Source: Octopus sinensis
Taxonomy: Eukaryota
NCBI RefSeq assembly: GCF_006345805.1
Contig: NC_042998.1
Span: forward strand, 111,786,001-111,850,000
Direction of reading: 5' to 3'
DNA: 64,000 nucleotides
In this document: positions 52,757 to 64,000 of the stretch, one piece after another
Layout: each line of letters starts with the position of its first letter
Position numbering within the stretch: position 1 is the stretch's first letter
Made by a program: the position numbers and the translations under genes
The notes under the pieces: generated by a model
Seen by the model: the letters and a program-made list of their open reading frames with translations, nothing else
What the model was told of the DNA's origin: nothing
The model's database searches: none

Positions 52757-53874
52757 TTCTTTATAAAATGGAAATAAAAATTCCAGAATACACAAATATA
52801 CATAAATAGACAAATGTCGATGTAATACATAAAAGACGATTGAATTTAAGAATAATTTCTTTTGTAAGTACATTTAAAATTATAATACTTTAGTACGATG
52901 AAATTAAAAATTTAAGAGGATTAAGAGGATTAAGTAGTAAAGAGACATACTAAAAACAACGAAAGAAAAAATATAAAGATCACATTTCAGAGATGTGCCA
53001 TGGAATATGATATATTTCATGGCACTTCCCTCATCAGGATGCTACACAAAGTTCGAAAACACATCTACATACCAGGACTGGTCAATGTATATTTAGGTAT
53101 TCTGGAATTTTTATTTCCATTTTATAAAGAATATATATATTTATATAAGTTTCGAATGTGTATTTTAATTAGGTTCTTTTAGATTCCGCATGTGTTGCGT
53201 CCTTTAAAATATTATTATGTACATATTTATGCATGCATATGTGCTTATACTTATGGATTCATGTACGCATGTATGTATGTATGTATGTACGTACGTACGT
53301 ACGTACGTACGTACGGACGGACGGACGGACGGCCATACACCTATTTTCCGAAGTCATTTTTTAAAATTGAGTCCTGTAGAAGTTACTTCCCTTACACTAT
53401 TTAAAAAAAAAAAAAAAGAGACGTCGTTTCAGAATTATATTTCATGGAATATTTTAACGTCACGTTGTTACCTCTTTCTCGTCCATAAGTCAGCATTATA
53501 TCTAATCTCTCTATATAGTATAGGCATCACTAGATGCGGAAATCATAAACCAATTTACTAAGAATGAACGTGATGAAGAACGCAGTAGCAAGGAAAGAAA
53601 AGTGCATCAGGATATGATGTGTACATAGATATCATGAGACCGTGAATTACTTAGTAACGGAAGAACTCATTAACTAACTAACTAACTAAATAAATAAATA
53701 AATAAATAAAGTATCATATACATTCTTTGAAAAGCAACGAATGACTGGGCCTTTAGATAATGCCTTTTTTTTTGGCCTTTTCTGTTTTATTTACCGCAAA
53801 TAATTTTCAATTGAAATAGTGGTGAGTAGGCTTCAGCCTTCAGTAGTATGTAACCTCATATTAATTTCAAATGT

Positions 53875-54075
53875 TGGCTCAAGGCCTGCAATTTCAGGGG
53901 AGGGGTAAGTCAATTACATCGACCTCAGTGCTCAACTGATACTTATTTTAATCGACCCTGAAAGGATGAAAGGTAAAGTCGACCGGAGAGGAATTTGAAC
54001 TCAGCGTAAGGACGGACGAAATGGCGGTAAGCATTTAGCACGGCGTGCTAACGATCTTGCCACCTGGCAGCCTTA
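53875..54075 (-). mobile_element. SINE family B, diverged
   Basis: ATCGACCCTGAAAGGATGAAAGGTAAAGTCGAC segment. Confidence 0.75.
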
Positions 54076-55220
54076 GTGTGTGACTTCATATTACGAGAGG
54101 ATATCTAAAATTGTTAACTGCTTAGAGGGCAAGTAATCTAATTTGGCAGTATTTATCACCAATACTCGTGTTGACATACTTAATGACAGCTTGTACTTAT
54201 GCTCATCTCATGTCTCCATATAGCGTTAACGCAGATATTACTTTATACTTCTCTTTGAAGAATTTTAGTCGAATGAATCGACCCTCGTACTTGTTGATTT
54301 TATTTTATATTATTGTTATTTTTTTTTTTAAGTTTGGTCTCCCGATAACCTGCTGATGTTACGGGGACGCAAATGCACCAACAATGGTTGTCACAGACGC
54401 AAAGACATATATTCATATATATGCACAAGCAACTTTCAATTTGCGTACACCAAATCCACTCACAAGACTATGGTCAGCCTTGGTACTGCACACAGAATCA
54501 TGTGGTTGAAAAGCAAACCTCTTTCCACCTACCCCCCTCCCACTTGCGCCTATACACACGCGCGCGCACACGCACGCGCACACGCACGCGCACACGCACG
54601 CGCACACGCACACACACACGTATGTATGTTTGTGTGTGTGTGTGTGTGTGTATATTATACAGACAAGAAAGTAACATTTTGAACGCAATATCGCCGTGAA
54701 AACAGCAGAACAATTAGAAATCATTACTTTTGCAAGACGGAAAAAAATTTCCAACAAACATCCACGGGACTCGAACCCGCATCTCTCATCTTAAAGTGAT
54801 CTAAGTCCACATATTTACTGAAAGTGGCTTCTATCCATTAAGCATTATACCCCATTTCTTATGTATTTTAATATTTTCGATGGTGCCCATTTCTATGTAT
54901 TTAAATACTTTCCCAAATAAACATACATTTCATTTTTGAAGACCCGTGGAAGTTATAATGCGATGCACAAACATTCAGTTTTGAGTGCACTGTTTTTCAT
55001 AGCACGAACAGCTATAAGCAAATGAACTTGACGACGCATATTCCTATTCTTCTGTCATTTATTTAATGTCATATGAAACTCTGTACTCGCCTATAGCTTT
55101 ACACTAAAGGAAATATAGTTTGAGCTCTAACACCAGGTTATTAGTAACACTATGACTAAGGTGAATCTTCATTGGATGAGGTTCCGTTTTTTGTGGATCT
55201 TACCTGAACGGAACAGTAAG

Positions 55221-55260
<40 letters not shown>

Positions 55261-55262
<2 letters not shown>

Positions 55263-55490
55263 TTTTACTTGTTTCAATCATTTGACTGCGGCCATGCTGG
55301 AGCACCGCCTTTAATCGAGCAACTCGACCCCGGGACTTATTCTTTTGTAAGCCCAGTACTTATTCTATCGGTCTCTTTTGCCGAACCGCTAAGTAACGGG
55401 GACATAAACACACCAGCATGCTAGGGGGACAAACACAGACACACAAACACACAGACACACAGACACACACACACACACACACACACACAC

Positions 55491-55540
<50 letters not shown>

Positions 55541-56020
55541 AAATATATATGTATGTATGTGTGTGTGTGTGCATTTTTATTTATTTATTTATTTATTTTT
55601 TAGCTTCGTACTTACTCTTTCGTTGTCTTTCGCCTAACTGCTAAGTTATGGAAACATAAACACAACACCACTTTCTGTCAACTGATGTTGGGGGATAAAC
55701 ACAGACATAAAGACACACACAGGCGCGCGCGGCACGGGCACGCAGGCACACGCACGCTTGCACATACACATACACACACACACACACATGCACACACACA
55801 GACATTCACACATATATATGTATATAGAGAGACGGAAACTGAAAGAAGCCCGTCATATGTGTGTGTGTGTGTGTGTGTGTGCATGACGGGCTTCTTCCAG
55901 TTTCCCTTTAGCATATCTACTCACAAGGCTTTGGTTGGCTTGAGGTTATAGTAGAACACACTTGCCCAAGGGAGTGAATTCAGAACTATGTGGCTGAGAA
56001 GCAAGCTTCTTAACACATGA
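55261..56020 (-). mobile_element. SINE family A: 3' half plus an older diverged copy
   Basis: Family A tail at 55261-55445 and a diverged head at ~55880-56015. Confidence 0.75.
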
Positions 56021-56456
56021 CCTCGCCTATCTATCTATCTATCTATCTATCTATATCTATCTATCTATATATATATATATATCTATATATATATATATCT
56101 ATCTATCTATCTATCTATATATATATATATATATCGTTTTTAGAAAACATAAGTCGAGAGAAGAAGCACACTGTAAGAAGTAGAGGAATCTATGTTTTTT
56201 ACTGGGGAAGGCCGGTTTATGGGTTTACCCTGGGTTTCCCGTCCATAAAGGGTTTAACTTCATGGTGTATCGTCAGACCCCAAGACCTGTTGGCCTAAAA
56301 CCTCTTTAGAATATGGAGGGGAAAAGCCTCGTGCGCGTGCGCACGTGTGTTTAATTAGATTATGCCACTTACATGATTAGTCATGTTCCATTCGTGTTTC
56401 AAAAACAGTCTACCATATTACAGTTCTGTATTTAAGAGATGAGGAATTATGTACAT

Positions 56457-56586
56457 TATTTACACTATTTACATTTGACGGATATTTATCCTCATCTTGT
56501 TTGTTGTTAACACGGGCATATGACATATGGTGGTTAAGAGCGTGGGCTACTAACCCCAAGAATCCGAGTTCGATTCCAGGCAGTGA

Positions 56587-56632
<46 letters not shown>

Positions 56633-57393
56633 TATAATAATAATGATAATAATAGATGCAGTACCAGGCAGTGGCTCTCATGGCTTCTGATCCTAACTGA
56701 TTGGAAGTGTTATCATGTACATTGTTTTGTCTTGGTATAAAAGATGGGCTACAGCAAATATTCTGCTCAATACCACAGATTTGCTTGTCAGTTGTTTGAC
56801 CTTAACCAGTTGAGCATATCCTTTAGTGGCTGACGATATGTGCATCTCTGATCACGAGCAGAAGTAGTGAGGGAGCATCATAGCCATGTGTTGAGAGGGA
56901 TTCTTTGGGGTTTGAATAATTCACCTCTGGAAACATGGGTGGTTCTTTCAACATCCTTAAACAACCCTTATTCAGGGACCTTTTGAGCGGGATGGGCTAC
57001 TCGACCTGAAGAAAATTCTACCTGGGCCCCACCTGCAAGGTCATGCGCTGTTTACCTTGATATGAGATCACCATGTCGCGCACATATGGATGTGATGCAT
57101 GTGCCTGGTGTACCCTTATCAGACGGGTAGTCATGATGGGTATATTGGACTTCGTATATTTTACCCCAGTGTCACTTTGATGGCATGAACTGCTCTCTCA
57201 CTCAATAATAATAATAATAATAATAACAATAATAATAATGATAATAACATCGAAAAATAGCTTAGGAATGAGAACCCAGGTTCGAAATTTCCCCAAGACA
57301 CCTGATGAAGGCTGGAGGGTATATAAGCCGAAACGTTGTGTTAACAACAAACAAGATGAGGACAAATAACGTCAAATGTAAATAATGTAAATA
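56457..57393 (+). mobile_element. Composite non-autonomous element: inverted 3' arm + tRNA-like head + (AAT)n + ~550-bp body + (AAT)n + hammerhead-bearing tail
   Basis: 56457-56513 is the reverse complement of 57338-57393; the head matches 2715-2811; no coding ORF. Confidence 0.7.
57297..57342 (+). ncRNA. Type I minimal hammerhead ribozyme, intact core
   Basis: GACAC-CTGATGA-A-GGCT...AGCC-GAAA-CG-TT^GTGTT. Stem I GACAC/GTGTT, stem II GGCT/AGCC, palindromic stem III ACGT; predicted cleavage 57337^57338. Confidence 0.75.
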
Positions 57394-57469
57394 GTTTACC
57401 ATATGTTATTGAGCAGCTTACCATAAATTGTCCTCCTCTTTTTAAAACTAATATCTACTCTCTCCCTTC

Positions 57470-57500
<31 letters not shown>

Positions 57501-57525
57501 GTATATATATATATATATATATATA

Positions 57526-57905
57526 TACTCTTTACTCTTTTACTCTTTTACTTGTTTCAGTCATTTGACTGCGGCCATGCTGGAGCACCGCCTTTAATCG
57601 AGCAACTCAACCCCGGCACTTATTCTTTGTAAGCCCAGTACTTATTCTATCGGTCTGTCTTGCTGAACCGCTAAGTTGTCAAGCAATGCTAGGGGGACAA
57701 ACACAGACACACAAACACACACACATACATATATACATATATACATATATACGACGGGCTTCTTTCAGTTTCCGTCTACCAAATCCACTCACAAGGCTTT
57801 GGTCGGCCCGAGGCTATAGTAGAAGACACTTGCTCAAGGTACCACGCAGTGGGACTGAACCCGGATCCATGTGGTTGGTAAACAAGCTACTTACCACACA
57901 GCCAC
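57526..57905 (-). mobile_element. SINE family A
   Basis: Near-identical to the other family A copies, with a small internal deletion. Confidence 0.9.
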
Positions 57906-58429
57906 ACACACACACAAACACGTATATTAAACGTATACATATTTACAGAGAGGGAGAAAAAGAGAGACAGAGAGAATGAGAGTTGGGGACGAGATGCTTG
58001 AGCTACTTACCCAATGCAAACCATGCCTCAGAACCACAGACGAGTAAGCAGAGAAGGGCGAAACAACGTAGAGAGTTAGGTGTCATCTTCTCAATACGGA
58101 TATTTGATTGCTTGATGTTAAAAACTTTTAGCTGTAGGAAAAGATATGTACAGAGGCGTATTTGTAAATTTATAAAATAAATGGAAGATTAAATGAGTAA
58201 ATTTATGAAAAAGTAAATTAATAACAAAATAAATAGAAGTTTAAATAAATAAATATACAAATAAATTTATGAAGCCAAAAATAAGTTGGTTTGTTTTTCG
58301 GAAACTAAGTAGTTTCATTTAATTCACATTTTATTTTTAATTGTTGGAAATAATTTTGTATTTACCTTTATGTGAGTAACGATACCAGATTGTGCCTGTC
58401 CGTTAACTTGCAGATGTTTGTCTCTCTGT

Positions 58430-58460
58430 ATATGTATATATATTATATATATATATATAT

Positions 58461-58494
<34 letters not shown>

Positions 58495-58495
58495 G

Positions 58496-58579
<84 letters not shown>

Positions 58580-58635
58580 GATATATATATATATATATAT
58601 ATATAATGTATATATATATATATATATATATATGG
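58430..58635. repeat. Interrupted (TA)n tract
   Basis: Seen directly. Confidence 0.97.
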
Positions 58636-58887
58636 TGAGAGAGAGAGAGAGTGAGAGGGAGAGAAACTGAAAAAGAGGGAGAGACTGCGAAAGAGAAAGA
58701 GCCTGAGAGGGTATGTGGTGTGGTATATAATGTGAGTTAGAGAATTTACTTGATAACTCGCGTTAGTGCAACGCCCTCACCACATACCATTTCTAGTTCT
58801 TTGCTTCTCTCTTTGTTATCTATACATATAACACTCTCTAAATCCTCACTCTGACTCTCACTCCTCCTTCTCCCTTCCCTCTTCCCT

Positions 58888-58926
<39 letters not shown>

Positions 58927-59761
58927 ATGTAGTTTTTACCACTCTATAACTTCTCTTTACAATTTTCTATGATGTATCAACAATGCCATACATTGTCTAT
59001 CTTACATTTAATTTATCTTACTTCCTTTCTTTTATACTGTGCCTTAATAAATGTTACATATAGTACCACTCATTTTCTTTCTCGCTTTTCTTTTTCCTTT
59101 CTTCCAAATTTTCTTTTCTTCTCTCTTTCTTGCTTGCTTTCTTTCTCCTTTCCTTCCTCCCTGCCTTCTTTTCCATTCTTCTTTTTTCTTTCTTTTCCTT
59201 TTCCTTTCTCCCTTTCTTTCTTTCTTCTACATTTTATTTATTTATTAGTATTTATTTACTCAAGTCAAAGAACTGATTTGGCATTCATATAGCTATGCTG
59301 ATAATCAATACACAAACAGCTTACATCTAAACTGAACTGGTGGCAGAATTTCAGATTAATGTCGCAAGTTCAAAATCCACCGGGGGTCAAATTTATTCCT
59401 TGGTCCATCAAAAGTTGTTAATATAGATGCTAATTATATATTGGAGTCAATTCAATCAATAATTTCCTAATTTTACTTCTTTTTTTTTTTTAAATCTCAA
59501 ACTTTTCCAATAAAATATAACTCTGAAACAACCTATAAAAACAAGTCTGTGTCGGGGAAATGAAATTACGTTTATGTTATCGCTCAATCAACTAGAAATA
59601 GAAGTTAAATCACATATTTATCGTGTTCTACCGTCTTAAGAAAAAGAAAGAAGTATATTGTCTAAATTAGGCAAGGAGGAAAATGTCACTGACACCTCAT
59701 TTTAACAGATCTATTTACCAAAATTACATAAAAATATTCGGAGATACTAAAGAGTAAATTT

Positions 59762-60313
59762 ATTCAATGAAATTGCCATTGACTTCAACCACACCCTCCA
59801 GACTACTTTGGAATCTCCTGCAACTCTTCTGAACGGTCTATTTGTTTAAGTTGGTGAATGCCGCCATAATCCTTGCCATCAGTTCATCTTTGGTACTAGA
59901 AGAAGTTTTGTTGATCTCTCGCACATGATAATCAAGGGGGTTGCTGTCTGGGAAGATGTTAGGGGTGGTGTGATCGCAGAAAGTGTCTGACAGCCATGAC
60001 TGGGTTCTCCTGCTTGTATGGCATGATACAGAGTCCTGTTGCCAGACATAGGGTCTTCCAGCAGCCACCCTCTTGACCCAGGGCAAGCACTACCTCTTCC
60101 AGGCACTTGATGTAGGTGTCCGTGTTGAATCTGAGGCTGTGTGGGAAGATGAATGGAAGTTTGGAAGTATAACGTCGCCATCATTAGTGTTCACTCCAAA
60201 CACCATGATATTCACTGGATGTTTGATTTTTATCACTCTTGGTACATGTTTTGGGATCCTGGTAGAAATTTTTCTCGTCTGAGAAAAACCAAAGCATGTT
60301 CGGTTGGAAGGGA

Positions 60314-60315
<2 letters not shown>
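59762..60315 (-). mobile_element. Tc1/mariner-superfamily (maT/DD37D-like) transposase remnant
   Basis: LWFFSDEKNF, KHPVNIMVFG and YVWQQDSVSCHTS...PDSNPLDY; the 5' part is lost at a (CATA)n run. Confidence 0.8.
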
Positions 60316-60344
<29 letters not shown>

Positions 60345-61045
60345 CATACATACATACATACATACATACATACATACATACATACATGGTAAATGGGTCT
60401 CCATTGATATCCTTGATGAATATTCCAGCCGTTAGATTAATTAAACTACTTACTTGTGGAATGTTAATGTAATTGACTGAATGTTAGCATCTTGGACGTA
60501 ATTCTCACGCAAATTCTGTCTGACACAGTATGTGCCTTTGACATTACGGATACAAAGAATCTGACGCTCTGCCACCGCTCTCATGTATCCAGTTTCACCC
60601 ATAAAGCTTGGGTCGTCATAAAACTATGGTAAAAAACAAAGAAAAATACGAGATAAAGATACTTCCTCAAAATGCCAGATAGTGAGATCGAACCTACGAT
60701 TGTGAGGCAAACGTCTAAACCACTCGGTTATACATGCGTTCATATGTGTTCAAATACATATCTACATTCATAAATTCATACACACATTCATACAAAGACG
60801 GATCAAAGGTTCATCCAGAGCCATAGGCTCATAAGGCTGGTTTTCCGGATTCTGTGGACGAAACGCCCGGTCGTCGCATGATTACTTATTTTAGCTAGTT
60901 AAGTGAACTGGAGCAACGTGAAATAAAGTACTTTGCTCAAAAACACAACGCATCTCCCGGTATAGAAATCGAAACCACAGCTTTACGATCAAGAGTGCTA
61001 CACCTTTAACCATTAAGCCACGCGCTTCTACAACGTACCTATATA

Positions 61046-62226
61046 TTGAGTTGGCAACTAAGTTCTCGCCGTTTTTTAAATTTTGGAATCTATTTTTTCG
61101 AGAATTCTATTTTTAAATCATTTTGGAATCTATTTTGCATTTTTCGAGTTAATTTTATTTAATTTTTGTTTATTATCAGATCATTAAAATAGAATGTCAA
61201 GTTAAGAAAAACGAGCATTTTCGACACCTCCTTCATTTTGCTTTTAATCAAGGTTTTAAGGCCGCAAAAGCTGAAAGAACCGCTCGTGATTAGTATGCAA
61301 AGTTCGAAAATGGAAATTTTGAACTCAAAGACGCACCTCGTTCTGGCCGTCGAGTTGAGTTCGATGAAGAGCGATTAGACCAACTTTTGCACAAAAATTC
61401 TCGTCAAATGACAAGGGAACTGGCAGAGAAAATGGAATGCTCATACACAGCTATAGAGAAGCATCTTCACTCGATGGGAAAGGTTCAGAAGTATGGAGCA
61501 TGGCTTCCGCATGCTTTAAGTGACAACAACAAAAATCAACGAGCCCCAATCTCTGCTGGTTTGCTTGCTCGTCACCGAATCGTTACTAGCGACGAAAAAT
61601 GGTGCCTGTACATGAAAATGAAGTAAGGAATGGTTTAGCCCCGGTAAACAAGCAACACCGCGCGTGAAAGAAGATCTTCATCAGCGTAAAACAGTGTTGT
61701 GCATATAGTGGGACTGGGAAGGGATTATGCATTACAAATAGCTTGAACGGAACCAAACGGTCAACACGGAACTCTATGTTCAATAGATGGAACGACTCAA
61801 CACGGCTATTCAAGAGGAAAGACCTAATCGGCAACATGAAGTTCTTGTGCTTGCACGACAACGCCCGCTCTCATATCGCCAATATGACCAAGGAAACCAT
61901 TCAAACGCATGGCTGGGAAGTGCTGCCACACTTGCCGTACTCTCCTAATTTGGCACCAACGGATTTCCACCGCTTTCGATCTCTTTTAAATGCTATGCGC
62001 GGAGTTTCGTTCAATACTGATGCAGTGAGAGCTTGGTTGGATCAACTTTTCGAGTCGAAATCGGGTGATTTCTACCAACGAGGTATTGAAGATCTTGTTG
62101 AACGTTGGAAAGAAGTTGTAAACAACAAGGGTGAAGACATTATTGATTAATTAGTTGTTATTCTTTATTAAACCTTTTAAAAAATTTAAATTTAAAAAAA
62201 ACGCGGAAACTTAGTTGCCAACCCAA
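61046..62226 (+). mobile_element. Defective mariner (DD34D-type) transposon
   Basis: TIRs TTGAGTTGGCAACTAAGT and ACTTAGTTGCCAACCCAA; WLPHAL, IVTSDEKW, LHDNARSH and PYSPNLAPTDF motifs. Left TA present, right TA absent. Confidence 0.9.
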
Positions 62227-63541
62227 ACATGCCAGTGATTATTGGAGTTCTTAAATACGTGACGAACTGTCTCAGTACCAATTTTGAGAAACTTGGACTT
62301 ACAACTCACCTACTCAGAAGATTACAACTTCAGTCTGTCAAATATTGCAAAGCATTCCTAAAATTTAGAATCCCCATTAATTCCTGTGCCCATGCGTACA
62401 TGTGCACATACATACATACATACATACATACATACATGTGAACTTACTGATGTGCAAACATGCATAGTGGGCATGTATGTATACATGCATATATACGTAT
62501 ATAAATGCAAACATGCAAATATACCTACATGCGTGCATGGTCACGTACATACATATATACTACGTACATACACTCATACATGCATATATAAATGCATACA
62601 CACATACATGCACATACATGCACACATACAAACATGCATGCATGCATACGTGCACGTACGCACGCGCACACACACACACACGCATACATACATGCATACA
62701 TACATACATACATACATACATACATACATACATACATACATGCATACATACATACATACACATGTGCAAAAATACGTTGGCAACCAATTTAACATGCGTT
62801 TCGGTTCTCATATAACGATGAATGATTATAATTATTTTCATGAAGAATTCAATCGTTTAACAGACTTCATAAAAAATTAAAAAAAACGCGGAAACTTAGT
62901 TGCCAACCCAAACATGCCAGTGATTATTGGAGTTCTTAAATACGTGACGAACTGTCTCAGTACCAATTTTGAGAAACTTGGACTTACAACTCACCTACTC
63001 AGAAGATTACAACTTCAGTCTGTCAAATATTGCAAAGCATTCCTAAAATTTAGAATCCCCATTAATTCCTGTGCCCATGCGTACATGTGCACATACATAC
63101 ATACATACATACATACATACATGTGAACTTACTGATGTGCAAACATGCATAGTGGGCATGTATGTATACATGCATATATACGTATATAAATGCAAACATG
63201 CAAATATACCTACATGCGTGCATGGTCACGTACATACATATATACTACGTACATACACTCATACATGCATATATAAATGCATACACACATACATGCACAT
63301 ACATGCACACATACAAACATGCATGCATGCATACGTGCACGTACGCACGCGCACACACACACACACGCATACATACATGCATACATACATACATACATAC
63401 ATGCATACATACATACATACACATGTGCAAAAATACGTTGGCAACCAATTTAACATGCGTTTCGGTTCTCATATAACGATGAATGATTATAATTATTTTC
63501 ATGAAGAATTCAATCGTTTAACAGACTTCATAAAAAATTAA
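62202..63541 (+). repeat. Tandem duplication, period 685 bp (mariner right end + LINE B 3' remnant + CATA-rich tract)
   Basis: 62202 onward and 62887 onward are identical except for 24 nt fewer CATA-type repeats in copy 2. Confidence 0.95.
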
Positions 63542-63782
63542 AAAAATAAAAAATGAAAGAAAAAACGAAAAAAGAAAAAAAAACCGAAATATGAGTTCGT
63601 GAAATGAATAACGGTTGATTTCCGATAGCGTTGGTTAACAAAAGGCCGCATTATATTCAAAAAATCCCTATTTGTTAATAGATTCCAGTATATAACTGTG
63701 GATGAAACCATATGCTTTTTTTCACACATCGTATATTTTCACAAGTACACACACACACACACACAACACACACACACACACA

Positions 63783-63826
<44 letters not shown>

Positions 63827-64000
63827 TGTTGAATTCTTTCAGTGTTGCCGTTTAGCCTCCAAGTGGGCCATGACTGAGCAAATATTCAAATGAATCTAAG
63901 TCATTACTATCTCGATGTGTGTGTGTGTGTTTGTGTCTGTGTGCACACGTGCGTTTGTATTTATGTATGGATGTATGTGCGTACGTACATACATACATGC

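Noticed and set aside
54555-54650. Alternating purine-pyrimidine (GCACACGCAC)n/(TG)n tract as a functional Z-DNA element
   Set aside because: It lies within or next to a decayed SINE microsatellite and such tracts are ubiquitous here; nothing distinguishes it.
56514-56590. tRNA-like sequences (also heads of SINE families A and B, and 5800-5915) as real tRNA genes
   Set aside because: A/B boxes are present but there is no complete cloverleaf or acceptor stem; they continue into multi-copy SINE bodies.

Overview
AT-rich, microsatellite- and SINE-dense animal genomic DNA. The repeat repertoire suggests an octopod cephalopod; this is inference, no database was consulted. The only host gene found is a secreted DNase I-family gene on the minus strand. 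It has five coding exons (34086-33916, 9649-9561, 7667-7587, 6095-5977, 1662-1398), all with GT-AG introns, in one open frame, and a 24.3-kb first coding intron. Its last exon(s), carrying the SDHYP catalytic His, were not found and probably lie left of base 1. The rest is decayed mobile DNA: RLE-type (R4/Dong-like), Tx1, RTE and CR1 LINE fragments, Penelope-like elements, Tc1/mariner/maT relics, hAT and Tigger-type MITEs, two non-autonomous Helitrons and three or more tRNA-derived SINE families. Most notable: (i) minimal Penelope/retrozyme-type hammerhead ribozymes, one inside a 488-bp terminally repeated unit and one in a tRNA-headed composite whose inverted arm starts at the predicted cleavage site; (ii) two RLE-LINE families that appear tied to different microsatellites, (CATA)n and (TAA)n.
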